NCBI GenBank assembly: GCA_036758845.1
Contig: DAIOVU010000009.1
Coordinates: forward strand, 10,166 to 74,165
Length of the DNA stretch: 64,000 nucleotides
DNA from: Sediminibacterium sp.
GTDB lineage: Bacteria > Bacteroidota > Bacteroidia > Chitinophagales > Chitinophagaceae
Direction: 5' to 3'
The translations under genes were made by a program, and so were the position numbers. Every line of letters begins with the position of its first letter. The stretch's first letter is position 1. The notes under the pieces are model-generated. The model did no database searches. It saw nothing but the letters and a program-made list of their open reading frames with translations, and had not been told where the DNA came from. Of the stretch, positions 20,336 through 29,225 are shown piece by piece.

Positions 20336-21691
20336 TTATTCCTCCATGACTTCCGGTTGCGGAAGATTTTTTTTATTTCCTTTTGCGATAAAATAAATTA
20401 CCATAAAAGCAGCCAGCACCACCAAACCCACCAATGCGGTATCGGGCGTTTGAATGGCAATGCTGATTCCTACAAAAAGATACGCGCCCATAAAGATCAG
20501 TGGCATGAGGGGGTAAAATCTCATCTTATAAATACCTGTGCCATCAAGATGTTTTGTTCGTTTGCGTAATACAAAGATGGTTGCGCTGGATGCCACCATC
20601 CCAAAACAATCAAGAAAGATGGTGAAGTTGAGGATTTTCTCAAATGTTTGTGCAAAGAAGAGTATGATAAAACACATGGCTGCAAAAACCGTTAATGAAA
20701 CGGTGAGTACTTCGTTCTTAGGGTTTCGCTTTGAGAATATTTTAGGAAGAACTCCTTCTCCGCTCATGGCGTACATTACCCTTGGGTTGCTCATCAGCAG
20801 GGCATTCACATACGCCAGTACGCCGAAAAATAAAAAGAAAGAAAATACGTCGGCACCGTTTTTACCAAATGTTTTCTGGATAACTACATACGCGATCTCG
20901 CGTTCACCTTTCATGTTGTCGAATCCTACAATGTAATAGTAGCTGAGGTTAGCCAGCAGGTATAAACCAATGATAATGGCAATACCGATAAATATTCCCC
21001 GGGGAATATTTTTAGCCGGCTTATCCACTTCGTTACCAAAATTGATGGTTTGCTGGTAGCCGCCATACGTAAATGAAACGGCGATCAGGCTAACACCCAG
21101 GCTCTGGATCCAGCTCATGGATGGTGTTGCCGGGGTTGTAACCACAGCAACTGTTTGTGCAATATCATGGTGCGGGAAGAAAAGTGCCAGTATGAGCACT
21201 ACAATCATTCCGATCTTGATCAGCATTAGCACATTTTGTGTTCTTGAGCTCATCCGCAGACCCATTAAATTGATGAGGTAAAAAACAATGATGGCGCCGC
21301 AACTGATGAGGGCTTTATCAATATCTGTCCAACCGATGTCTGGGAATAATTTAGTGATATACCCGCTACCTATCAGCGCTACACCGCTTAAGCTGGCAGC
21401 GTTACTGATTAGAATAATGCAGTTGATAGCAAAAGCAATGCTGGGATGATAGGCGTATGAGAAGATCTTGTAATAGCCCCCTGTAACAGGATAACGGCTT
21501 CCGATCTCGGCATAAGTAAGCGCTCCGCACAAAGCAAAGAACCCGCCCAATAACCATGCAGTAAAATAAACAGAGGGTTCAATAGCATCTTTTGCACTGG
21601 TAGCAGCCGTTCGGAAGATACCCATGCCAATTACCAGTCCTACCACGATCATGGTAAAACTGAAGAGATTTAACTTTTGTTTTCCCTGCAT
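20336..21691 (-). CDS. APC superfamily amino-acid permease
   Basis: The track ORF runs to 21805, but its first 38 codons translate a repeat element (PIHHSPLPIH...). The likely start is MQGKQKLNLFSF at 21691 (CAT at 21689..21691). About 12 TM helices with the GxG-rich TM1 (VVGLVIGMGIFRT). Confidence 0.85.
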   Translation of the reverse strand: MQGKQKLNLFSFTMIVVGLVIGMGIFRTAATSAKDAIEPSVYFTAWLLGGFFALCGALTYAEIGSRYPVTGGYYKIFSYAYHPSIAFAINCIILISNAASLSGVALIGSGYITKLFPDIGWTDIDKALISCGAIIVFYLINLMGLRMSSRTQNVLMLIKIGMIVVLILALFFPHHDIAQTVAVVTTPATPSMSWIQSLGVSLIAVSFTYGGYQQTINFGNEVDKPAKNIPRGIFIGIAIIIGLYLLANLSYYYIVGFDNMKGEREIAYVVIQKTFGKNGADVFSFFLFFGVLAYVNALLMSNPRVMYAMSGEGVLPKIFSKRNPKNEVLTVSLTVFAAMCFIILFFAQTFEKILNFTIFLDCFGMVASSATIFVLRKRTKHLDGTGIYKMRFYPLMPLIFMGAYLFVGISIAIQTPDTALVGLVVLAAFMVIYFIAKGNKKNLPQPEVMEE

Positions 21692-21737
21692 AGTTTTAGT
21701 GTTGGGATTAAATGTAGGAAACTTCGGGGAAACGGGG

Positions 21738-21843
21738 GTGAGGCGTGAGGCGTCGGTCGTGAGGCGTGAGCGGTGAATGGGCAATGGTGAATGGTGAATG
21801 GGCATTGGTTACTTATAAACCACTCTGCCCATTCACAATTCAC
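21738..21843. repeat. composite word-built palindromic element (GTGAGGC words plus GTGAATG/CATTCAC hairpin)
   Basis: GTGAGGCGTGAGGCGTCGGTCGTGAGGCGTGAGCG, then GTGAATGGGCAATGGTGAATGGTGAATGGGCA ... TGCCCATTCACAATTCAC. Lies between the CobC-like stop and the permease start. Confidence 0.7.
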
Positions 21844-22441
21844 TACTGGGTCTATGCCACTCCTTTCCTGCCAGTGAAACATTGTACAATATCTCATACT
21901 TGTAGCTATTGTTCTCTGCAATAAGTTTTATCACGCACCCATAATGGCAGGTAAATACATCAAAAGATTTTTTAAGCGGTGTTTGGGTAATGTGTGCAAG
22001 AATGCTTCTTAATACACCGCCATGCGCCACAATCACTGCCGGTTTGGATTGCTGGCTGATATCAATAAACCGATTGATGACCCTGTTATGCATTTGCAGG
22101 TAGCTTTCTCCACCGGGTACCTGTACATTGATGAAATCGTTCATCCATGGTTGTATCTCTGCTTTGGGTATTTCGTTCCACAACTGCATTTCCCATGCGC
22201 CACAATTCAGTTCCATCAGATTTTTATCCAAATGCAGCGGGTGTTGCGGAAACAAGGCCGCTGCCAGTTTGCGGCATCGTTGCAGGGGACTGCTGTAGAC
22301 TGTTTCAACATTTTGGGGAAGGTGAGACTGAATGCTTGCTGCTTCTTCTTCAAAACTTTCTGTTACATCAAGGTCTGTTTGTCCGTAACAGATCCCTTTT
22401 GCTATGGCGGGGGTGGTATGCCTGATCAGGTAAATTTCCAT
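21833..22441 (-). CDS. histidine phosphatase family protein (alpha-ribazole phosphatase CobC-like)
   Basis: The track ORF runs to 22555, but the extension crosses a repeat. The likely start is MEIYLIRHTTP at 22441. It has the RHG-type motif (LIRHT) and a second His (VAHGGVLR). Last gene of a B12-riboswitch operon. Confidence 0.75.
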   Translation of the reverse strand: MEIYLIRHTTPAIAKGICYGQTDLDVTESFEEEAASIQSHLPQNVETVYSSPLQRCRKLAAALFPQHPLHLDKNLMELNCGAWEMQLWNEIPKAEIQPWMNDFINVQVPGGESYLQMHNRVINRFIDISQQSKPAVIVAHGGVLRSILAHITQTPLKKSFDVFTCHYGCVIKLIAENNSYKYEILYNVSLAGKEWHRPSSEL

Positions 22442-22494
22442 TACGCGAATTACACGAATTATTGCGAATGAGCAGCATGGATGGAAAAATATTT

Positions 22495-22553
22495 GCCACA
22501 GAAAGCACAGATTTGCACAGAATTTTCTGTGGCCTGTCTGTGCCTTCTGTGGC
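22495..22553. repeat. family A palindromic element (GCCACAGA...CACAGAT...TCTGTGGC)
   Basis: GCCACAGAAAGCACAGATTTGCACAGAATTTTCTGTGGCCTGTCTGTGCCTTCTGTGGC. One of six copies in the window. Confidence 0.8.
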
Positions 22554-22561
22554 AAAAGAAA

Positions 22562-22777
22562 CTAAAACTTAAAAATACGATTCCTGTATAGTTTGTATTG
22601 GAACTGCAAGGTTTGTAAACATTGCCCGCACAAACAATCGGTATATTTTTCTTCTATAAATAAACGCTCTTCATAGGTAAGCTGAACCTGTGTACACTGA
22701 CATTCGGCAATATTGCCCACCTTACACTCGAAGTTGCGTGAGCAACGTGCACATTGTTTTGTTTCGTGAAGTGGCAT
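22562..22777 (-). CDS. cysteine-rich CWC family small protein
   Basis: 71 aa with eight Cys in paired motifs (CARCSRNFECKVGNIAECQC...CLCGQC). Lies between the TonB-dependent receptor and the CobC-like phosphatase. Confidence 0.7.
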   Translation of the reverse strand: MPLHETKQCARCSRNFECKVGNIAECQCTQVQLTYEERLFIEEKYTDCLCGQCLQTLQFQYKLYRNRIFKF

Positions 22778-22780
22778 GGT

Positions 22781-24706
22781 TTACCAGTTAAAGGTTACAC
22801 CTGTGTTAAACAGGAATGGTATACTGTTAAACCCACGTGCATCAAAAAACTTTTTGTTGGTAAGATTTTGTGCATCGGCAAAGAACTTTACATGCTGGTT
22901 CAAAGTATAATCGGCATAAGCGCTCAGCAGAAAATAACTGTCTAATGATATATCTGCTTTTTTGTACCCGCCAATATCAAACCGCTTACCAACATATTTC
23001 CCGGTAAGTGATACATACAATCCTTTTGCAACATCCCAACCCGCTGTAAGGTTAATACTGTGTTTGGGCCTTCTCAGCAGGTAATCATAGGTTACTGTAT
23101 CTTTTGTGGTAACACGGTTTTGTGTTATCTCTTCTGAACCAAGAAATGTATAATTAGCCGTAATGTTCAGTTTTTCAACAGGTGTAATGGTTGTTTCCAG
23201 CTCTACACCATTTACGGTTTGTTTTACGTAATTGAAGTATTTGTAAGTGATATAATTGTAATCAATACCGTTATTGATACGGCGGTTAAAGACCACTATC
23301 CTTGTATTGAAGTTTTTTTGCTGCAGGCTGATACCCCCTTCATAATTAATTGACTTTTCTGCTTCTAATTTATCGTTGATGCTTAACTGGTACAGTGATG
23401 GCGCTTTAAAGCCACTTGAAATACTTGCAAATATCCGAACATCTTTACTTAGCGTATAGGATGGATTAAACGTGTACGTGCTGTTATTGCCATAACGCGA
23501 ATGGTTGTTGTACCTGCCGCCCAGCTCAACGTTCAGTTTCCTGTCGGGGCTGTTATAAATAACCGAGGCATACAATGCTTTCTGGTTCATAGAGGTGTCT
23601 CTGAAGTTACTGCCATATGGCCCGTAAGCACTTATTGAAAAATAAGTCTGATTATACGAGTTATAGCGATAATCCAAACCGGTTAATAAAGTAAATCCAT
23701 TGCCCAGTTTTGTTCCCGCATACAATTCTGCAAACTGCGATTTGCCGGAATAGCTGTTGTCTTCAAAAATGGTACTGGTTCTGTCAAGACTGTCGTTATG
23801 ATAATTCCTGCTAAGCTCACTGTATTGGTAGGTTCCATTGAGTGTAACAGGTCCTTTTTTATAAGCAAATCCGGCACCGGTAATGAAAGATGAATTATGG
23901 ATGTAGTAATCTTTGTCATCAGTAAACACGCCTGCGTCAATACCTGCCGTATACTTACTGTACATGGCAAATGTTTTAAACAACAGTGTCGGTGTTGCCT
24001 GGTACATCAACTGGGCATTGGTTACGGTACCATTATAACTGTCATTATCATAATTCTTTTTGCCTGTGCTGTCGTAAGCAGATGAAAATCCGTTGGTACT
24101 TAGCCTGGCATAACGTGCAGTATAGGTTAGCTTATCTTTTTTACCAAATACCTGCACATTGCTGCGCGAAGTGCCTAAGGTTCCCTGGCTTAATGTGCTT
24201 TTGATGTTGAAGGCTTTGGCGGCATCTTTTTTAACAGTAATAATATTGATAACACCTGCAATGGCATCACTACCGTATAAAGTAGATTGAGCGCCCTTAC
24301 ATACTTCAATTCTTTCCACATCATTAATGGAGAAGAGATTCAGGTCAAAATCTGTTGTAATGGTAGAAGGATCGTTTAGCGGAATGCCATCCATTAAGAT
24401 CAAAGTACGGCCGGCAGATGCGCCGCGCATGTAAACGGTTTGTACAGAACCGGCATTGTTTAAAGCGCCGTTAATAGTAATGCCTGCCTGTTCGTTTAAT
24501 ACCTGGGCAACAGTTTTTCCGTTGCTTTTTTCAATTTGTGCTTTGGAGATAATGGTAATTACTTTGCCGGTAGAACTTTGTTTTTGTTCCAGTTTGTTGG
24601 CAGTTACTACTACTTCGTCAAGCGTTCTGGTTGTTAAAGAGTCTTTTTGCGCAAAGACAGTGCTGCCGGTAAGCAGTGTAGCGAGGAGCGTGAATGTTTT
24701 GCTCAT
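22781..24706 (-). CDS. btuB: TonB-dependent receptor, cobalamin-type (BtuB-like)
   Basis: 641 aa. Signal peptide, TonB box (LDEVVVTA), plug domain (...GITINGA...YMRGASAGRTLILMDGIPLNDP), 22-strand barrel and a terminal aromatic residue (TFNW). Preceded by a cobalamin riboswitch. Confidence 0.85.
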   Translation of the reverse strand: MSKTFTLLATLLTGSTVFAQKDSLTTRTLDEVVVTANKLEQKQSSTGKVITIISKAQIEKSNGKTVAQVLNEQAGITINGALNNAGSVQTVYMRGASAGRTLILMDGIPLNDPSTITTDFDLNLFSINDVERIEVCKGAQSTLYGSDAIAGVINIITVKKDAAKAFNIKSTLSQGTLGTSRSNVQVFGKKDKLTYTARYARLSTNGFSSAYDSTGKKNYDNDSYNGTVTNAQLMYQATPTLLFKTFAMYSKYTAGIDAGVFTDDKDYYIHNSSFITGAGFAYKKGPVTLNGTYQYSELSRNYHNDSLDRTSTIFEDNSYSGKSQFAELYAGTKLGNGFTLLTGLDYRYNSYNQTYFSISAYGPYGSNFRDTSMNQKALYASVIYNSPDRKLNVELGGRYNNHSRYGNNSTYTFNPSYTLSKDVRIFASISSGFKAPSLYQLSINDKLEAEKSINYEGGISLQQKNFNTRIVVFNRRINNGIDYNYITYKYFNYVKQTVNGVELETTITPVEKLNITANYTFLGSEEITQNRVTTKDTVTYDYLLRRPKHSINLTAGWDVAKGLYVSLTGKYVGKRFDIGGYKKADISLDSYFLLSAYADYTLNQHVKFFADAQNLTNKKFFDARGFNSIPFLFNTGVTFNW

Positions 24707-24835
24707 TGTTTTGTTTTTTTAGTTGAACAATGAGCTTTCAGGAAAATAAAAAAACGGGGAACTATAAACGACCGCTGCAGCAGCCCTTTACATTCCATGC
24801 CTTTCACCCGAAAGCCGTGAATGATTGATTAATAC

Positions 24836-25055
24836 CTGGCAGGTCTTCTGGCTTGCTCTCTGTTGATTACCTTCCCATCTGGGCTTAGCCCGAACAGTGG
24901 TTTGAAGTTTCAACGAGCGTGGGAAATGAAGTATAAATCATGATATAACTCACGACTGACGCCTCACGCCTCACGAAAAAGCTTACAGCTACGGGGATAG
25001 CGCCGGAATTACACCGGACTTCCCTTTTAATCCCGATAACGGCGGGAACCAAATA
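24836..25055 (-). promoter_or_regulatory. cobalamin (B12) riboswitch aptamer
   Basis: The minus strand reads GGTTCCCGCCGTTATCGGGATTAAAAGGGAAGTCCGGTGTAATTCCGGCGCTATCCCCGTAGCTGTAAGC. A variable insert follows. Then come CCACTGTTCGGGCTAAGCCCAGATGGGAAGGT and the B12 box AAGCCAGAAGACCTGCC (24838..24853 on plus). All conserved blocks are in the canonical order, about 130 nt upstream of the receptor start. Confidence 0.85.
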
Positions 25056-25140
25056 CACTGCAAATGTAACGGAGCAAACGGGAAGGCAAAATTTTGTTTT
25101 GATTAAGTTGTTCACGGGGAGTTGAAAACTCGTGAAACGA

Positions 25141-25266
25141 GTTTGGAGTTTGGAGTTTGGAGATGATGAATTAACAAAGATACCGGCTACTCACCACTCG
25201 CCATTGCCTATTCACTATTCACAATTCACCATTGCCCATTCACCATTCACCATTCACAGCTCACGA
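25141..25266. repeat. low-complexity word repeats in the divergent marC / riboswitch promoter region
   Basis: GTTTGGA x3 at 25141..25162. Then CTCACCACTCGCCATTGCCTATTCACTATTCACAATTCACCATTGCCCATTCACCATTCACCATTCACAGCTCACG (CATTCAC word family). Confidence 0.7.
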
Positions 25267-25299
25267 TAACATTTACTAACTTTACTAAAACCCGACTCT

Positions 25300-25878
25300 A
25301 TGAACCTCCATTTCGACCAACTGCTTACGGTAACCTTTACCTTGTTTGCGGTGATTGATATTGTGGGGTCTATCCCGCTGCTCATCTCGTTAAAAGAGAA
25401 GATGGGGGCTATCCGCAATTTCCAGGCAACCATGGTTTCCGGCGCTTTGATGATCTTGTTTTTGTATGCCGGAAAGCCTTTTCTTAATATGTTAGGATTG
25501 GACGTTCGTTCTTTTGCAGTTGGTGGTTCTGTGGTGATCTTTTTGTTGGGACTGGAAATGGTGCTGGGGCATGAAATATTTAAAGGTGACAAGAATGCAC
25601 CATCGGGAAGCGTGGTGCCGATTGCGTTTCCCATTATTGCAGGGAGTGGCACTTTAACTACCATCATGTCATTAAAAGCCAACTATGATGAAGCGTATAT
25701 TCTTTCGGGCATTATCATTAACCTGATTGTAGTATACATTGTTTTGAAATCATTAAAGTTTATCGAACACCTGCTGGGGCCGGCAGGTTTATTGGCGATA
25801 CGGAAATTTTTTGGCGTGATACTGCTGGCGATTGCCGTAAAAATATTCAGCAGTAATATCGGGGCTTTTGGGAAATAA
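25300..25878 (+). CDS. marC: MarC family (UPF0056) integral membrane protein
   Basis: 192 aa with six TM helices and MarC-type motifs (FAVIDIVGSIPLLISL ... IAFPIIAGSGTLTT). Confidence 0.85.
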   Translation: MNLHFDQLLTVTFTLFAVIDIVGSIPLLISLKEKMGAIRNFQATMVSGALMILFLYAGKPFLNMLGLDVRSFAVGGSVVIFLLGLEMVLGHEIFKGDKNAPSGSVVPIAFPIIAGSGTLTTIMSLKANYDEAYILSGIIINLIVVYIVLKSLKFIEHLLGPAGLLAIRKFFGVILLAIAVKIFSSNIGAFGK

Positions 25879-25893
25879 TCTTTTAAGCGTTAC

Positions 25894-25947
25894 GCCACAG
25901 ATTCACAGATTAGCACAGATTTGATCTCAGGTCTGTAAATCTGTGAC
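25894..25947. repeat. family A palindromic element
   Basis: GCCACAGATTCACAGATTAGCACAGATTTGATCTCAGGTCTGTAAATCTGTGAC, 16 nt after the marC stop. Confidence 0.8.
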
Positions 25948-25958
25948 AAAAAAACATC

Positions 25959-26285
25959 ATGAATCTATTTTCCAGATTATCATACCTATTATTCAAATGG
26001 CTCCGTGATCGTTTTGAATTGCTGTGCTGGATAGCAGCCCTCATCACCCTGTTCTTTCTGCCTGTAAATAAACCCGATACTTCTTTGTGTGTGTTCAGTT
26101 TGCTGGGCTTTGGCCATTGCCCGGGATGCGGTATGGGGCATGCCATCCATTATGCGCTTCGCCTGCAGCCTGTACTTTCTTTTCAGCACCACCCATTGGG
26201 AATCTTCGGGGTATTGATTATATTTATAAGGATCAAACAACTCATCTTCCCTTTAAAACCTGCTTATGAAACCGAATCTGATTAA
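25959..26285 (+). CDS. DUF2752 domain-containing membrane protein
   Basis: 108 aa. Characteristic CPGCGMGHA motif between hydrophobic helices. Confidence 0.75.
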   Translation: MNLFSRLSYLLFKWLRDRFELLCWIAALITLFFLPVNKPDTSLCVFSLLGFGHCPGCGMGHAIHYALRLQPVLSFQHHPLGIFGVLIIFIRIKQLIFPLKPAYETESD

Positions 26286-26622
26286 CATGGTGCCTTCTAT
26301 TGAAGGCGAAGAACTGGTTTACCTGCAAATGCTTACCAAAGAACTCAGTGATGAGAACCTGGTTAATTTTATTGCTGTATATAACGGCAAGCGCAGAAAA
26401 AGCGACCAGGTATTATTGGGCTGTGTATTGGGTTTTGTTTGTGTTGGCGGTATACAGCGTTTTATGGTGGGCCAGAACGGCATGGGAATTCTTTACCTCT
26501 TTACCGGTGGTCTTTGCTTGATAGGAACGATAGTAGATACCATCAATCACAAAAAACTCGCATTCGAATATAACCAGCAAATGGCGAGGGAGAGTATGGC
26601 GATGGTGCATGCGTACCAGTAA
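26266..26622 (+). CDS. TM2 domain-containing protein
   Basis: 118 aa. Soluble N-terminal segment, then two TM helices with the TM2 pattern (LLGCVLGFVCVGGIQRFMVGQNGMGILYLFTGGLCLIGTIVDTI). Overlaps the DUF2752 stop by 20 nt; an alternative ATG is at 26287. Confidence 0.75.
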   Translation: MKPNLINMVPSIEGEELVYLQMLTKELSDENLVNFIAVYNGKRRKSDQVLLGCVLGFVCVGGIQRFMVGQNGMGILYLFTGGLCLIGTIVDTINHKKLAFEYNQQMARESMAMVHAYQ

Positions 26623-26735
26623 TTTTCACTCAATTGGCTATATAGTTCCCGTGCTATATTTTCCGTAAAAAAGGCGTCTCTCATATCGTGTCTCAGTAAC
26701 ACTTCATCAGAAATTATCAAAAAAATGCAAAGTAA

Positions 26736-27668
26736 ATGGCTGAGATTTATTCACATATTCCGTTTTTGAAAACAATAAATGATTTTTTCAGGTTATATGG
26801 CCTGAAAAAACCGCTTCACCCGGAAATAATGTGCATGCGGCTGCAGGATCAGCCGGATGATAAATTGATGCATATGCCTCTCTACAGAGCAAATTTTTTC
26901 AGGGTCATTCTTTTTACCAATGCCCACCTTCATTTTGCCTCAGGCGATAAAAAGCATTCGGTAATCAATAATTGTCTTTGTTTTACATATCCGGGTAAAC
27001 TTGAATCATGGAAACGTAGCGGGCGTTTATATGGATATGTTATTTACTTTACACCTTCTTTTGCCGGACTGGATATTACAAATAAACATTTTGACAAAGA
27101 CTATCCCTATTTTAATTTTTCATCTGAGCTGCTTCTTCCTTTATCATCTACCGATGCCGCCTCACTAAAAAAACAGGCAGGTGAGATGGTTAAAGAAATG
27201 TATTCCAACGAAAGTGACAGGCTTGAAATGATCAGGAAACTATTACTGCTATACCTGCATAATATAAAAAGGATCTACAATAAAACAACCGACAATCTTC
27301 CTGCAGAAGTAAAAGTATCCAAAACAATCTATAATCGTTTCCGAAAAGAACTGGACGATTATCTGCAGCAGCAGTGTGCCGGAAAGGAGAACAAAATGCC
27401 TACCGTATCGCTATTTGCGGGCAGGCTGGCTGTTAATGCCAATTACCTGAATAGTATCATCAAAAAACTAACCGGCAAAACAGCATCGGCACATATACAG
27501 GAAAAAATAATCCTCGAGGCAAAGTCATTCCTCATCCACACTGATTTGCAGGTTGCAGAGATCTGTTTCAAGCTGGGTTTTGAAAACACTTCTTATTTTA
27601 ACCGTTTCTTCAAAAAGCAAACTGGCATAACGCCAATACAGTTCCGAAAGCAGTTCCCTTTAGTATAG
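26736..27668 (+). CDS. AraC family transcriptional regulator
   Basis: 310 aa. C-terminal double helix-turn-helix (LFAGRLAVNANYLNSIIKKLTGKTASAHIQEKIILEAK...VAEICFKLGFENTSYFNRFFKKQTGITP). Confidence 0.85.
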   Translation: MAEIYSHIPFLKTINDFFRLYGLKKPLHPEIMCMRLQDQPDDKLMHMPLYRANFFRVILFTNAHLHFASGDKKHSVINNCLCFTYPGKLESWKRSGRLYGYVIYFTPSFAGLDITNKHFDKDYPYFNFSSELLLPLSSTDAASLKKQAGEMVKEMYSNESDRLEMIRKLLLLYLHNIKRIYNKTTDNLPAEVKVSKTIYNRFRKELDDYLQQQCAGKENKMPTVSLFAGRLAVNANYLNSIIKKLTGKTASAHIQEKIILEAKSFLIHTDLQVAEICFKLGFENTSYFNRFFKKQTGITPIQFRKQFPLV

Positions 27669-27756
27669 TGTGCTGTAAAATGTACCAGCATTACGATAAA
27701 TAGTACTACCCATTCCCTGTACTTGAGATTTAGTTTTGAGGTATTAAAAAAACGGG

Positions 27757-28416
27757 ATGAAATACTGTTTATTTATAAGTCTGTTATTAAGCATTCAGCC
27801 AGCTATCCGGGCACAGGAAAAAAATCCTACTTTCCCGTCTGCTCCCATTCCTGTTGAGTTGCTTGCCGGAAATAACCGTTTGAATTTTCAGATGACGGTA
27901 ACAAAAAAAATTGTTCCGGGCAAAAGATTTGGGGTTTTCTCCCTTCTATCATTTGCGGCTGATTATCAGTATAACAAAAGCAATAATGAGTTCATGGTGC
28001 CTGTTCAGTTTAACTACGAGCTGTTCAAAAACCTGTCTGTAAATGCTGGCGGGGCAATGAATTCCAATTGGGGATTCCGCCCTTCGGCAGGCTTTCAGTA
28101 TGCTTATGCAAACAAAACATTCGTTGTGGTTATTGCGCCCTCTGTTTACCTGACAGACTCGCACAACATAGAAACTTTTGCGTTGGTAATTTATAAACCT
28201 GCCATTATCAACACCCTGGGTTTCTATTCAAGACTACAGGCATTATACAGTCTGAACACAGAATCCGGTAAACATGACCGCAGTTACGGATATGCCAGGA
28301 TAGGTGTAAGTTCTAAAAAAATCACCTTTGGACTGGGGGCCAACCTTGACTGGTATAGCCCTTATAAAATATATAGGGAAAATTATGGCGCATTTGCCAG
28401 TATTAATCTTTTTTAA
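27757..28416 (+). CDS. hypothetical secreted beta-barrel-like protein
   Basis: 219 aa. Signal peptide (…QPAIRA/Q), alternating-strand pattern and a terminal aromatic (INLF). No family recognised. Confidence 0.5.
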   Translation: MKYCLFISLLLSIQPAIRAQEKNPTFPSAPIPVELLAGNNRLNFQMTVTKKIVPGKRFGVFSLLSFAADYQYNKSNNEFMVPVQFNYELFKNLSVNAGGAMNSNWGFRPSAGFQYAYANKTFVVVIAPSVYLTDSHNIETFALVIYKPAIINTLGFYSRLQALYSLNTESGKHDRSYGYARIGVSSKKITFGLGANLDWYSPYKIYRENYGAFASINLF

Positions 28417-28846
28417 CCTAAACAAACACACCATCAAAAAAGTACTCACCCTTGATTTTATTCCGGTCAACACAGATTTTGGTTTATTGCTCTTACGCGT
28501 ATGGCTTGGTTTCGGACTGTTTGTCAAACATGGCATTGAAAAATTTTCAAATTTTTCAAAATGGAAAGACCATTTCCCTGACCTGATACATGTTGGTTCA
28601 ACACCAAGCTTAACTTTTGCACTTACTGCAGACGGTATTTGTTCTTTGCTGATCATTTTTGGATTAGGAACAAGATTTGCTGCACTGTTTGTTTCTATTA
28701 ATCTGTTTATTGTTTTCCTGATAATGCATCAATTTTCATTTGGCCAGGAGCATGCAGAGTTGGTGTATATTTATTTTGGTGGCTTTTTGGCATTGGCAAC
28801 AGCAGGTGGCGGAAAATACAGTTTAGAGAGAAAATTATTATACTGA
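28385..28846 (+). CDS. DoxX family membrane protein
   Basis: The track ORF starts at 28328, but the start at Met20 (28385) is more likely. DoxX pattern DFGLLLLRVWLGFGLFVKHGIEKF plus three further TM helices. Confidence 0.8.
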   Translation: MAHLPVLIFFNLNKHTIKKVLTLDFIPVNTDFGLLLLRVWLGFGLFVKHGIEKFSNFSKWKDHFPDLIHVGSTPSLTFALTADGICSLLIIFGLGTRFAALFVSINLFIVFLIMHQFSFGQEHAELVYIYFGGFLALATAGGGKYSLERKLLY

Positions 28847-28921
28847 AAGTGTATATTGATGATACAACGTATATTGATTGTATCAGATAGATAGACCTGA
28901 ATAAGTCGGATTTCTTGCCTC

Positions 28922-29075
28922 GATTGTTGTATACATTGTTTTGAAATCATTAAAGTTTATCGAACACCTGTTGGGGCCGGCAGGTTTATTGGCGATACGG
29001 AAATTTTTTGGCGTTATATTGCTGGCGATTGCTGTAAAAATATTCAGCAGTAATATCGGGGCTTGGGGGAAATGA
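28922..29075 (+). pseudogene. orphan 3' fragment of a marC allele (last ~50 codons plus stop)
   Basis: About 94% identical to 25725..25878. It translates in frame to IVVYIVLKSLKFIEHLLGPAGLLAIRKFFGVILLAIAVKIFSSNIGAWGK*. Stop codons and no start lie upstream. Confidence 0.8.
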
Positions 29076-29090
29076 TCTTTTAAGAGTGAT

Positions 29091-29148
29091 GCCACAGATT
29101 CACAGATTAGCACAGATTTAATCTTTGAATAATCTGCGAATCTGCGGC
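29091..29148. repeat. family A palindromic element
   Basis: GCCACAGATTCACAGATTAGCACAGATTTAATCTTTGAATAATCTGCGAATCTGCGGC. The left half is identical to the copy at 25894, and the right half has diverged. Confidence 0.8.
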
Positions 29149-29225
29149 TAACCAGAATTCAAATAAAATGACACAACCCTTTATTTTTCAAAAAAATTAT
29201 TCAGATGGTTTCAATCCTATCAGGT

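Noticed and set aside
21670-21921. 83-aa ORF, plus the long N-terminal extensions of ORFs 20336..21805, 21833..22555, 45665..46447, 53587..54234 and 54119..55519
   Set aside because: The extra codons are translations of dispersed repeats (PIHHSPF..., FCANLCFLW..., GQGGKGQGGK..., PPEGGVK...). Each gene has an internal Met that aligns with the conserved N-terminus of its family.
24885-25115. 76-aa minus-strand ORF upstream of the TonB-dependent receptor
   Set aside because: It overlaps the cobalamin riboswitch aptamer almost exactly, so the sequence is better explained as structured RNA.
25141-25266. Possible CRISPR-like array, because of many short tandem repeats (also at 21738..21843 and 43891..43932)
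   Set aside because: The repeat units are 7 nt words without unique spacers. The arrays are under 130 bp, they fold as palindromes, and no cas genes are present.
25254-25682. 142-aa minus-strand ORF
   Set aside because: It is antisense to marC, which has a clean six-helix MarC pattern. It starts inside the CATTCAC repeat block.
28883-29113. 76-aa minus-strand ORF
   Set aside because: It is antisense to the orphan marC 3' fragment and the family A repeat, so it is an artefact of the duplicated segment.
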